Position numbers and translations under genes: made by a program. The notes beneath the pieces were generated by a model that did no database searches, was not told where the DNA came from, and saw only the letters and a list, made by a program, of their open reading frames with translations. A stretch of 60,515 nucleotides of DNA, filler included. It is 4 parts of 4 records of this genome, joined end to end, with 100 filler letters (N's around TTAATTAATTAA, not from the genome) between each part and the next. Parts side by side here need not be neighbours in the genome. Positions count along the whole stretch, not along the records: positions 27,020 to 52,817 come from SRR2962707_4455; 3 more parts are not named here. One strand, 5' to 3'. Position 1 is the stretch's first letter. Each line of letters begins with the position of its first letter. Positions 30,097 through 39,134 of this stretch are shown piece by piece.

Positions 30097-31989
30097 ATGC
30101 AACAACGCCTGCTGATTTTTCTCATATCCTGCCTGGGTGCGCTGTTGCCCACCCTGGCCCATGCCTGGTGGCAAGACGATTGGAGTTACCGCAAGCAAAT
30201 CACCATCGATACCTCGCCCCAGGGCGCGGCCATCGATCAGCGGGTCGGCCGGGTGCCGCTGCTGGTACGTCTGCATACCGGCAATTTCAGTTTTCAGGAC
30301 GTCCAGGAAAACGGCTCGGATCTGCGCTTTGTGGCGGCGGACGATCAGACCGTTCTCAATCACCAGATTGAAAGCTTCGACGCGCTGTTGGGCGTGGCCT
30401 ACATCTGGGTGGATGTGCCGGCGCTGGAAGCCGGGTCCAGCCAGGATATCTGGATGTACTACGGCAATCCCGACGCGCCGGCCACCAGCAACGGTCAGGC
30501 GGTGTTCGACGCCGATTACACCCTGGTCTATCACTTTGACCAGGCGCCCGGCGCACCCGCCCGTGACGCCACCGCCTACGGCAACAATTCCAGTAACACC
30601 GTGGCGCAAAGCGTCACCGGGGTGATCGGCCAGGCCGCCGCCTTTGCCGGTGGCGAACCGCTGATGGTGGAAGCCGCGCCGTCCCTGGCGACGCCCGCCG
30701 CCGGTCAGTTTTCCTTCAGCGCCTGGGTGCGTGCCGATCAGAATGCCAATGAACAGTTGATCTATGCCCGCCGTGACGCCGGTAATTCGCTGTTGATCGG
30801 TATCAGCGCCGGCCAGCCCTTCGTTGAGGTCAATGGTCAGAGAACGGCGCCAGCGCAACCGCTGGCATCCGGTCAGTGGCAGCATCTGGCGGTGACCGCC
30901 GATGGGCAGCAAGTGGCGTTGTACGTGAATGGCCGCCAGATCAGCAGCTTGCCGGTGGCACTGCCGCCGCTGGCCACCGCCATCGCCTTGGGGGGCGATA
31001 TTCCGGGTTACGCGCCCGCCGAGCCCGTTGCGGAAGAAACCGCGAGTGAAGGGGAGGATGTCGCTACCACCACACCGGCAGCGGTGCCGTCCCGCCACTT
31101 CAATGGCGCTCTGGATGAAGTGCGGATTTCCAAGCAGGCCCGGCCGGCGTCTCTGTTGATGGCGGATTACCAGGCCCAGGGCTCCGAGTCGCGGTTGGTG
31201 GTGTTCGGCGTCGACGAAGAACAGTCCGGCTTCGGCTTCGGCGCGCTCGGCTTCTTGCTGAGCGCGGTACCTATCGACGCCTGGGTCATCATTGGGATTC
31301 TGGTGATCATGATGATCCAGACCTGGTTCGTCATGTACCGGAAGTTCCGCCATACCCGCCGGGTGGACGAGGCCAATGGCCGTTTCCGCGACGAGTTCGC
31401 CCAGGTCGGCACGCAACTGGAAAAACTCGCGGACAGCCCGGAGCTGGAACAGGAACTGGAACACTCATCGCTATGGCAGCTGTACCAAGTGGCGGTGCAT
31501 GAGCTGCGTTTGCGCCGTGCCCAGGGCGCCGATACTTCCAGCATTTCCTCGGAAACCCTGGAAGCGATCCGCGCTTCCATGGACGCCGTTCGTACCCAGC
31601 AGAATCGCGAGCTGAGTTCCCGTCTCGGTGTGCTCTCCAACGCCATCGCCGGCGGCCCCTACATCGGCCTGCTGGGTACGGTGATGGGCATCATGGTGGT
31701 GTTTCTCGGTACCGCCATGGCCGGGGACGTGAACATCAACGCGGTGGCGCCGGGTATGGCCGCCGCCCTGTTGGCCACCGCCATGGGGTTGTTCGTGGCG
31801 ATCCCGGCGCTGTTTGCCTACAACCGCATCAACGGCCGTAACCGCGATATCAGCTCCGATATGCGCGTGTTCCTGGACGAATTCGTCACCCGCCTGGCCG
31901 AGATTCATGGCGCCGGGCAGCGGCCGCCGCAGCCGGCGCAGGCCGGTCATGCCGTGCGCCATGGCATCTCTCAAAGCCCGGTGGTGTAA
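30097..31989 (+). CDS. exbB: DUF2341 + LamG/ConA-like domains fused to a MotA/TolQ/ExbB proton channel
   Basis: Signal ending AHA, WW..DWSYRK, NGSDLRFV, IWVDVP..IWMYYGNP (DUF2341); FSAWVR, WQHLAVT, LYVNG, GALDEVRIS (LamG); GPYIGLLGTVMGIM, ALLATAMGLFVAIPA (ExbB). Confidence 0.92.
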   Translation: MQQRLLIFLISCLGALLPTLAHAWWQDDWSYRKQITIDTSPQGAAIDQRVGRVPLLVRLHTGNFSFQDVQENGSDLRFVAADDQTVLNHQIESFDALLGVAYIWVDVPALEAGSSQDIWMYYGNPDAPATSNGQAVFDADYTLVYHFDQAPGAPARDATAYGNNSSNTVAQSVTGVIGQAAAFAGGEPLMVEAAPSLATPAAGQFSFSAWVRADQNANEQLIYARRDAGNSLLIGISAGQPFVEVNGQRTAPAQPLASGQWQHLAVTADGQQVALYVNGRQISSLPVALPPLATAIALGGDIPGYAPAEPVAEETASEGEDVATTTPAAVPSRHFNGALDEVRISKQARPASLLMADYQAQGSESRLVVFGVDEEQSGFGFGALGFLLSAVPIDAWVIIGILVIMMIQTWFVMYRKFRHTRRVDEANGRFRDEFAQVGTQLEKLADSPELEQELEHSSLWQLYQVAVHELRLRRAQGADTSSISSETLEAIRASMDAVRTQQNRELSSRLGVLSNAIAGGPYIGLLGTVMGIMVVFLGTAMAGDVNINAVAPGMAAALLATAMGLFVAIPALFAYNRINGRNRDISSDMRVFLDEFVTRLAEIHGAGQRPPQPAQAGHAVRHGISQSPVV

Positions 31990-32000
31990 GGAGAACAACG

Positions 32001-32426
32001 ATGGCTTCGGTAAGAACCTCGATGGACGACGATGAAATGGACGGACCGGTGGACGGCATCAATATCACGCCGCTGGTGGATGTGCTCATGGTGGTACTGG
32101 TGATGTTCATCCTCACCGCCACGGCGCAGATCGCGGGCATCAAGGTGGATCTGCCCAAGGCCAGCTCCTCGGTGTCGCTGTCCGAATCCAAGACCAAGGC
32201 TATTTCGGTGAACAACGACGGACAGGTGTTTCTCGATGCCTACCCGGTGACGCTCGCTGAACTGGAGGATCGGTTGCGTACCGAGAAAGCCATGAACCCC
32301 GGCTTTCCGGTGATCGTGCGCGGGGACGCCGCGGTGCAATACCAAAAAGTGGTGCAAGTGCTGGATGTGCTGCGGCGTCTGGATCTCAACCAGGTCGGTC
32401 TGGTGACCGGCAAGCCGCCACAGTGA
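32001..32426 (+). CDS. exbD: Biopolymer transport protein ExbD
   Basis: INITPLVDVLMVVLVMFIL with the conserved TM Asp, KVDLP, VRGD..V.Y..VV.VLD. Confidence 0.95.
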   Translation: MASVRTSMDDDEMDGPVDGINITPLVDVLMVVLVMFILTATAQIAGIKVDLPKASSSVSLSESKTKAISVNNDGQVFLDAYPVTLAELEDRLRTEKAMNPGFPVIVRGDAAVQYQKVVQVLDVLRRLDLNQVGLVTGKPPQ

Positions 32427-33214
32427 TCGATGATAACCGGATAACAGGAAAGACCATGTCGCTGCAGTCACCTCAATCACGGGATTCCGGAACGGCCTCG
32501 GGCAAGCGGCATTCCCTTTCCGCGAGCAAGACATCCCGAACGCGGCGCGGGCCGATGACCTATGTGCGCCTGGCCGTCGGCGCGGTGGTGTTGATTGTTC
32601 TGGGCTGGCTGATCTGGCAATGGGCCAACGATATGAGCGGCGTGCGCCGCCAGGTGCCGCAGGAGCCGATGCTGGTACCGCTGCCTCCGCCGCCGCCGGA
32701 GCCGGAACCAGAGGAAATGAAGGAGCCGGAACCGGAACCCGAACCGGAGGAGATCGTTGAGCCAGAGCCGGAACCCACGCCGGTGGAAGAACCGACGCCG
32801 GAAGAACCGCCTTCACCGTCGGATGATTTGTCCGAGGCCATGCAGATCGATGGTGAAGCTCAGGCCGGTACCGATGCTTTCAATATCGGCGCCGGCAGTG
32901 GTGGCGGCATGGCCGGTTCCGGCACCGGCCGGGTCGGCAACGCCACCTACGGCCAGTACCTCTCCTACGCCTTTCAGCGGGCGCTGCGCGAGGAGCCGTC
33001 GATCCGTCATCTGAGTTACCGGATACAGATCAATCTCTGGCTTAACGAGGCCGGTCAGATCACCCGGGTGCAATTACTCAAGTCCAGTGGTGACCCGGAT
33101 ACGGACGACAAAGTGATCGCCGCCGTGCGTGCCATCCCGGCGCTGGATCAAAAGCCGCCGAAGTCGATGACATTGCCGGTGAAAGTGGCTTTGCAAGGGC
33201 GGCGTCCGGGCTGA
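32423..33214 (+). CDS. TonB-like energy transducer (TM + Glu/Pro-rich linker + TonB C-terminal domain)
   Basis: Single TM, PPPPP-(EP)n linker, C-domain LWLNEAGQITRVQLLKSSGD; follows exbB-exbD; true start may be 32456 or 32556. Confidence 0.88.
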   Translation: MIDDNRITGKTMSLQSPQSRDSGTASGKRHSLSASKTSRTRRGPMTYVRLAVGAVVLIVLGWLIWQWANDMSGVRRQVPQEPMLVPLPPPPPEPEPEEMKEPEPEPEPEEIVEPEPEPTPVEEPTPEEPPSPSDDLSEAMQIDGEAQAGTDAFNIGAGSGGGMAGSGTGRVGNATYGQYLSYAFQRALREEPSIRHLSYRIQINLWLNEAGQITRVQLLKSSGDPDTDDKVIAAVRAIPALDQKPPKSMTLPVKVALQGRRPG

Positions 33215-33275
33215 CCGGGACCGAAACCAACCAGACCCAAGAATCGAGACGAACCGTTTCAGGAGCAATAAAGCA

Positions 33276-34973
33276 ATGAACATGAAGCGCAATCAGTGGC
33301 TGCTGATGCTGGCCGTGGCGGCGACCTTGAGCGGCCCGGCCGTGGCGCAGGCACCCGCCGAATCCACCGCGCCGGAGGGCAACAGCACCACCGTGCACCT
33401 GATCCGGCTGCTGGTGGAACAGGGGGTAATCACCGATGCCCAGGCCAACGCCTTGCTACAGCAGGCGCGACAGGAGGCCCAGACCGCCAGTCAGCGCCGC
33501 CCCGAACCCGAAGTGCGGGAAGGGGACGTGCGTGTGCCCTACATCCCGGAGGTGGTTCGTGACGAGATTCGCGAGGAAGTCAAACAGGAAGTGATGGCCC
33601 AGGCCAAGGCGGAAAACTGGGCGGCGCCGAATACCTTCCCGGACTGGGTATCGCGGGTGAAGCTGTTTGGTGACGTGCGGGTACGTAATGAGAGCCGGTT
33701 CTTTTCCGGGGATAACATTGATCAACTCGTGGATGGCCAAAAATATAATGAAGATGGCCCGTTTGAAACCAATCTGGGGCCTATCGCTAGTGACTTTCCC
33801 CCCCTGATGAACACCCGTGAAGACCGCACCAACCTGTTGCGGCTCCGTGCCCGTTTCGGTTTGGAAGCGGATCTGGGGGGCAACTGGAGCACCGGTGTCA
33901 GATTGGCCACGGGCAGCAGCAATGGCCCGGTTTCCACTACCCAGACGCTCGGTGGCGGGCTCAGCAAAAAAGACATTTGGCTGGATCAGGGGTGGGTGAA
34001 ATGGGCTCCGGGGATTTGGCGCTTCACCGCTGGGCGCGCGGAGAACCCCTTCGTCTCCACCGACATTCTGTTCTCCGGTGATCTGAGTTTCGATGGTGTG
34101 TCCGCCGGTTTCAAGGACCTTCGGGTCGGTGATCGCGTCGCGATGTTCGGCACCATTGGCGCCTTTCCCCTGGAATACAGCTCCGACTCATGGCCTTCCA
34201 GCAGCCCGGACAAAAGTGATAGTGAGGACAAATGGCTGTTCGGCGCGCAGGTCGGCGCCAACTGGGTGTTCAATCAGGAAGAGCGCCTGACCGCGGCCAT
34301 CGGCTACTACCACTTTGATAACATTCAAGGGCAGCGGTCTTCCGAATGTGAATTGTACAGTGACCCATACCAGTTCTGCGATACGGATTGGTCGCGGCCG
34401 ACCTTCATGCAGAAGGGGAATACCCTGTTCTGGCTGCGCGATATCCAACCCAATCCGGATGCCGACGTCACTTCAATGCCCCAATACCTGGGGTTGGCCT
34501 CGGAATTTCAGCTGTTCGATCTGAACCTGATCTGGGATACACGGGTTTTCAGTGATTACAAACTCAGGTTGGCGGGCAACATCATTTATAACGACGCCTA
34601 TTCCGAACAGGCCATGTGGCGCAATGCCGCCGGCATGATCGTCAACAACTTCGATGAAGACGGCGAATTCGAAAGTGGGCGAACCGCCTGGATGGTTCAT
34701 GCTGCTTTCGGTTCCTCCCTGAAGCTGGACCGGAGGGGGGACTGGCTGACCTTCCTGGGCTACAAACACATTGAGCCGGATGCTTTACCGGATGCCTACA
34801 ACGATTCTTCCTTCCACCTCGGCGGCACCAATGCCAAGGGCTACTACCTGGGCGCGGCTTACGCCTTGAACGAGCGGCTGTACTTCCAGGGCCGCTGGAT
34901 GAGTTCGGAAGAGGTGTATGGGCCGCCGTTGTCCATCGACATCCTGCAACTCGAACTGAATGCCCGGTTCTGA
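33276..34973 (+). CDS. Putative porin (Porin_5-type outer-membrane beta-barrel; PA0696-like)
   Basis: Signal peptide, LIRLLVEQGVIT helical N-terminus, VRVPYIPE, GDVRVR, RLRARFG, FHLGGTNAKGY, C-terminal beta-signal LELNARF. Confidence 0.85.
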   Translation: MNMKRNQWLLMLAVAATLSGPAVAQAPAESTAPEGNSTTVHLIRLLVEQGVITDAQANALLQQARQEAQTASQRRPEPEVREGDVRVPYIPEVVRDEIREEVKQEVMAQAKAENWAAPNTFPDWVSRVKLFGDVRVRNESRFFSGDNIDQLVDGQKYNEDGPFETNLGPIASDFPPLMNTREDRTNLLRLRARFGLEADLGGNWSTGVRLATGSSNGPVSTTQTLGGGLSKKDIWLDQGWVKWAPGIWRFTAGRAENPFVSTDILFSGDLSFDGVSAGFKDLRVGDRVAMFGTIGAFPLEYSSDSWPSSSPDKSDSEDKWLFGAQVGANWVFNQEERLTAAIGYYHFDNIQGQRSSECELYSDPYQFCDTDWSRPTFMQKGNTLFWLRDIQPNPDADVTSMPQYLGLASEFQLFDLNLIWDTRVFSDYKLRLAGNIIYNDAYSEQAMWRNAAGMIVNNFDEDGEFESGRTAWMVHAAFGSSLKLDRRGDWLTFLGYKHIEPDALPDAYNDSSFHLGGTNAKGYYLGAAYALNERLYFQGRWMSSEEVYGPPLSIDILQLELNARF

Positions 34974-35002
34974 TCGACCAGGCGATGAAGGGAGGTAATA
35001 CC

Positions 35003-35671
35003 ATGAAGAAGGCGGATAACGTCAAAACAAAGTGGTTTCCCGCGACGCTGACATTGCTGGTTCTGGCCTTGCCGGCCTGGGCACAGGCCCAGCAGTCCAG
35101 CCTGGAAGAACGTCTGCGTACCGAGCTGCGCAACACCACCCAGCAATTGCGGGACCTGCAATCCCGGCAAGCGGGCCTGGAGGCGGCCCGTTCCAACGCG
35201 GAAGTGCAACGTGATGCAGCCAGGGCCCAGGTGGCCAAATTGCAGGCCCGGCTCGATGCGGTGGAAGGGAATCTGGCCTCCCAGCAACGCAGCAGTCAAG
35301 CACGCATCGCCGCCAGCCAGGAACGCGCCCAGCAGATGCGCGACGCCTACGATGAGTTGTTGACCCTGGCCAAAGGCAAGGAAACGGAACGGCTGACGCT
35401 GCAGAAAGCGTTGCAACAACGTACCGCCGAATTGCAGACCTGCGTCAGCCGCAACGAGGAGATGTATATGGCGGGCAAGGAGATTCTGTCCGCTTATGAA
35501 AGCCTCGGTGCCGGCAGCCTGTTCAAGATGCGTCAGCCGCTGGCGACCTCGTCGCGGGTGGAGTTCGAGAACAGGGCCCAGGAAATGGGAGACCGGCTGT
35601 ATAACGCCCAGGTCGGCGTGGTGCGGTCGGACCAGGACGGTAACGCCGGTGCGGCGGAAAACGACGGCTGA
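35003..35671 (+). CDS. Exported coiled-coil protein (PA0697-like)
   Basis: GGAGG RBS, signal peptide ending AQA, long Q/A/L heptad helix (SLEERLRTELR..C..RN..Y..EIL..Y). Confidence 0.75.
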   Translation: MKKADNVKTKWFPATLTLLVLALPAWAQAQQSSLEERLRTELRNTTQQLRDLQSRQAGLEAARSNAEVQRDAARAQVAKLQARLDAVEGNLASQQRSSQARIAASQERAQQMRDAYDELLTLAKGKETERLTLQKALQQRTAELQTCVSRNEEMYMAGKEILSAYESLGAGSLFKMRQPLATSSRVEFENRAQEMGDRLYNAQVGVVRSDQDGNAGAAENDG

Positions 35672-35712
35672 CCATCATTGAAACGTCACAACGGCTTGTT
35701 AAGGACATCACC

Positions 35713-36204
35713 ATGAGCGAAGAAAACCACATCATCGACACTCTGCCTCTTGAGGAACTCAGTGCTCTGTTGCAGGAAGCCGGTTATCGCACCAATGAAA
35801 CCGAGCATAACGGCAGCAAGCAACTGCTCAGCGCCAGTCAGGGCATCGGCTTTGCCGTGCGCCCCGGTAATATGCTGGGGGAAGGGCTTCTGGACTTCAC
35901 CATCAGCTGCGCTTTGCGCATCCAGGGCGAGTTGCCGGAAGGGCTGATCCCGGCCTGGAATCGCGGCAAGCGTTTCTCGAGATTGAGCCGGCATGGTGAT
36001 TTTCTGGTACTGGAAATGGATGTGATCGTGGCTGGCGGTGTGCGCCGCGCCCATGTGCGCGCCAACCTGGAAATCTGGGACCGCTTGTTGCAGGAGTTCC
36101 TGCTCTATCTGCGCAATTACCGTGACGAGAACCGTAATGAGAGCCACGATAACGACGATGCCTCGGAACATGAGCAGGCGATAAGCACGGAAGCGGCGGA
36201 GTGA
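35713..36204 (+). CDS. YbjN-domain (T3SS-chaperone-like fold) protein
   Basis: LLQEAGYR..LLSASQGIGFAVR..WNRGKRFSRL..LEMDVIVAGGV..W pattern; position matches PA0698 in the cluster. Confidence 0.75.
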   Translation: MSEENHIIDTLPLEELSALLQEAGYRTNETEHNGSKQLLSASQGIGFAVRPGNMLGEGLLDFTISCALRIQGELPEGLIPAWNRGKRFSRLSRHGDFLVLEMDVIVAGGVRRAHVRANLEIWDRLLQEFLLYLRNYRDENRNESHDNDDASEHEQAISTEAAE

Positions 36205-36261
36205 CGGGTAGAGAAGTGAATTGCCGGCGTGCCGGCGATGGTTTCAACCTGGGAGTGAACA

Positions 36262-37227
36262 ATGAAAAGCGCACAGGTTTTACTCAGCGCGGTGTTGGCT
36301 GGTTTGGCGGGCGTCATTGGCACCGTTTGGGTGATGCAACCGTCCGAGGCGGTGGCCGTTTCGGAACCGGCATCGGTTTCGTCACCGGCGGCCTCATCGC
36401 CCACCTCCACAGGGCAAGGGGATGCGGTCGCGGCCCTGGGCGCGGTCAGTCTGCGCGATCAGGAAGTGGCGGACTGGCTGGCGGCGTTGTCGCCACAGGC
36501 CCGCTCGGCGATCCAGCGGGATCGTGCGCTGTTTGATGATTGGGCGCGTCAGCGTCTGGCGGAAAAGGCACTGATCCGGGAGGCCCGGCAACAGGGCTGG
36601 GAGAAGCGGGAGGAAGTGACACAGGCCATCGATCAAGCGCGCGATCAGATCCTGCTGCGCAGCTATCTGGGCGCGGTGAGCCAGGTTCCGGAGGACTTTC
36701 CCGATGACGCCACGCTGCGGCAGCTTTATGACAGCAGAAAGCAGGAACTGGCGGTACCGGAACGTTATCACCTCAGGCAGATTTTTCTTGCCGTGGACGG
36801 CACCAATGCCGACCAGGTGAAAGCCCGCGCCGGGCAATTGGTGAAGGAAGCCCGCGCTAAGAAAGGGGACTTCGCCGAACTGGCCCGCCGTCATTCCGAT
36901 GACGCGGCTTCCGCCGCCCGGGGTGGTGATATCGGCGTGCAGTCACTGGCCCAGCTTACTCCGGAGGCGCGCCCGGTGGTGACGGCGTTGAAGGACGGGG
37001 AAGTCTCCGCGCCGTTTCGCACCGCGTCGGGTTGGCATGTGCTCAAGCTGGAGAAGACCGAGGCGGCGAGAACCGCCACCTTCGATGAGGTGCGCGATCA
37101 ACTGCGCGCCACGGTCAGGGAACAGCGCCGGCGGCAAAATGCCGAGGCTTACCTGAATCGACTGGTGGGTGAGGCCTCTCTCAGCATCAATGGCGCCGCG
37201 GTGACGGCGCTGTTGGAAAACCAATAG
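36262..37227 (+). CDS. PpiC/parvulin-type peptidyl-prolyl isomerase with N-terminal anchor
   Basis: YHLRQIFL, DFAELARRHSDD..SAARGGDIG, GEVSAPFRTASGWHVLKL. Confidence 0.92.
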   Translation: MKSAQVLLSAVLAGLAGVIGTVWVMQPSEAVAVSEPASVSSPAASSPTSTGQGDAVAALGAVSLRDQEVADWLAALSPQARSAIQRDRALFDDWARQRLAEKALIREARQQGWEKREEVTQAIDQARDQILLRSYLGAVSQVPEDFPDDATLRQLYDSRKQELAVPERYHLRQIFLAVDGTNADQVKARAGQLVKEARAKKGDFAELARRHSDDAASAARGGDIGVQSLAQLTPEARPVVTALKDGEVSAPFRTASGWHVLKLEKTEAARTATFDEVRDQLRATVREQRRRQNAEAYLNRLVGEASLSINGAAVTALLENQ

Positions 37228-37253
37228 CAGCCTTGGCCGAAAAAGGAACCCGT

Positions 37254-37550
37254 ATGCCAATCCGGATGGTAATTACAACGGCGCTGGTCGCCGCTTTTCT
37301 GGCGGCCTGTACTGCGCCAGGCTCCGATTCAGCCGTCGATGGGTACCGGCGTTCGGTGATCGTGCAATGCTCACCGACCCAGGATGTGGAAGCCAATCCC
37401 TGTATCGCCAAGGCGCGCCAGGCTTGTGGCACGGACAGCGTTCGCTTGAAGAACGTGGATTCCCGACAAGCGGTGAGCGCCCCGGTGGCGCGGGGGGCTC
37501 CAGTAACGCTGGTGTATAACTACTCAGTGGTCTACTACTGCCTGGATTAG
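37254..37550 (+). CDS. Small putative lipoprotein
   Basis: Hydrophobic signal with lipobox FLAAC; four further Cys; last gene on the strand before convergent fecR. Confidence 0.65.
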   Translation: MPIRMVITTALVAAFLAACTAPGSDSAVDGYRRSVIVQCSPTQDVEANPCIAKARQACGTDSVRLKNVDSRQAVSAPVARGAPVTLVYNYSVVYYCLD

Positions 37551-37596
37551 CGGCGGGGTGCGGGGCATGGCCGCGAATCAGCAGGAGTCCGCTCTC

Positions 37597-38580
37597 TCAG
37601 CTGATAATCAAAATACCGCCCGGCAGTGACCGCACCTCCGCGCCGCGCACCTCTTTGACCAGCGCGGCGAAGTCCTCCAGTTTATCCAGGGACAGATAAG
37701 CCTGTACCGGAACCCGGCCAAGCTGATCGTTCACCAGCACGATCTGTCCCGGGCGGTAGCGATTAACTTCGTCCACCACCTGGGCCAAAGGCGTGCCGTT
37801 GAACACCAGCATGCGCTGACGCCAGGCCGTCACCCGGTCCGGGTCCACGTGTTGGACCGAGGACAGGCGAGCGGTGTTGTATACCACTTGCTGGGCAGGC
37901 TGGAGTTGAACACTCTGGTGCCGATGACGGACCGCCACCTGCCCATCCAGGCAGGTCACCCGGACGCGGTCGTCGGTGAAGCGCACATTGAAGCGAGCAC
38001 GGCGCGCTTCGATGAGGCCGTTCTGAGCGGCTACCGTGAAGGGAAGGCGATTGCCATCGGCGATGGTGATCTCGGTTTCGCCGCTGTTCAACACCAGTCC
38101 GGTGATTTGTTCCGCCTGCCTATTCACGTCGATACTGGTGCGGGTGTTGAGCTGCACGGTGGCGGCGTTGGGCAGCACTACTTCGCGTTGCTCCCCGGTG
38201 CCAGTCCAAAGATCGGCGGACTGCATGCCCATGCGCGTCCACAAATCCAGCGGCGAGCGTAACGCCAGCCAGCCCGCCGCCGAAGCCGCCACGGCGCCGC
38301 CGAGAAAGGCCCGGCGAGTGAAACGGGAAGAACGGCGCCGGGGCAGCGGATGAGCGCCGGCTTCGATGCTCTCGCTGGTAGCGGCCTGTTCCATGCCCTG
38401 CCAGACCTGGCGGCAATGGACGAATGCCCGGGCGTGCTCCGGGCTCCGCGCGCACCAGCGGCGGAAAGCTTCACCGTCGGCGGCGCTGGCGCGTCCCGAG
38501 GAGAGGTGCACCACCCATTCTCTTGCCTCCCGTGTGATCCGGTCGGAAGAGGGGGCGGGGGCGTTTCGATAATCGGTCAT
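37597..38580 (-). CDS. FecR-family anti-sigma factor (VreR-like)
   Basis: EAREWVVHL..F.RW..SPEH.RAF (DUF4880), TM after RRAFL, TGTGEQR..LNTRTS, AWRQRMLVF..PL..VVDEVNRY; ATGA overlap with the sigma gene. Confidence 0.93.
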   Translation of the reverse strand: MTDYRNAPAPSSDRITREAREWVVHLSSGRASAADGEAFRRWCARSPEHARAFVHCRQVWQGMEQAATSESIEAGAHPLPRRRSSRFTRRAFLGGAVAASAAGWLALRSPLDLWTRMGMQSADLWTGTGEQREVVLPNAATVQLNTRTSIDVNRQAEQITGLVLNSGETEITIADGNRLPFTVAAQNGLIEARRARFNVRFTDDRVRVTCLDGQVAVRHRHQSVQLQPAQQVVYNTARLSSVQHVDPDRVTAWRQRMLVFNGTPLAQVVDEVNRYRPGQIVLVNDQLGRVPVQAYLSLDKLEDFAALVKEVRGAEVRSLPGGILIIS

Positions 38581-39134
38581 GATTGCGTCGGCCTTTTTTG
38601 TCTGGGCCCGTAACGTGGGGCGTAATCCCGCTCCAGCCTTTCGCAACAATGCTGTAATCCGGCGCGCAGTTCTTTTTCCACGGTGCGCAGGGACACACCG
38701 AAACGTTCGGCGATTTCCGCGTGGGGAGTGTCCTCGATACGCGCGGCGGTAACGATGGCGCGTCGGCGGCGTGGCAGTTCCGCCAGGGCTCTGCGAAATA
38801 TCCGGATCTCCTGTTCACCCAGTGCCTCACGGGCGGGATCGGCCAGTTCATCCGCCATCTGATAGAGATCGTCCACTTCGTCCAGTGTCATCACTCTGGC
38901 GTGTTTACGGCGTTGTTCCTCCGCCACGTTCATGGCGATGCGGAAAAGGTAGGCGGCGGGATGGTGAACACGGGTGCCCTCCTGCATACGTTCAATTCGC
39001 AACCAGGTTTCCTGCAAGGCGTCCTCCGCCAGTTGGTGGGAACCCAGACGGCTGTACAGACGCTGACGGAATTCGTCATAGCGTTGCACCAGCAGATCGC
39101 GCAGCGAATGGTGCGAAGTCTCGGCGGTACTCAT
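38577..39134 (-). CDS. FecI-like ECF sigma factor (VreI-like)
   Basis: LAEDALQETWLR, AYLFRIAMN, LAELPRRRR, HAEIAERFGVSLRTVEKEL; ATGA overlaps on both sides give start 39134. Confidence 0.94.
   Translation of the reverse strand: MSTAETSHHSLRDLLVQRYDEFRQRLYSRLGSHQLAEDALQETWLRIERMQEGTRVHHPAAYLFRIAMNVAEEQRRKHARVMTLDEVDDLYQMADELADPAREALGEQEIRIFRRALAELPRRRRAIVTAARIEDTPHAEIAERFGVSLRTVEKELRAGLQHCCERLERDYAPRYGPRQKRPTQS

Noticed and set aside
29716-31464. 582-aa minus-strand ORF
   Set aside because: Antisense to the well-supported tpsB and exbB genes.
32680-32820. Tandem GAGCCG/GAACCG-like repeats
   Set aside because: They encode the Glu-Pro linker of the TonB-like protein; not CRISPR or a contingency repeat.
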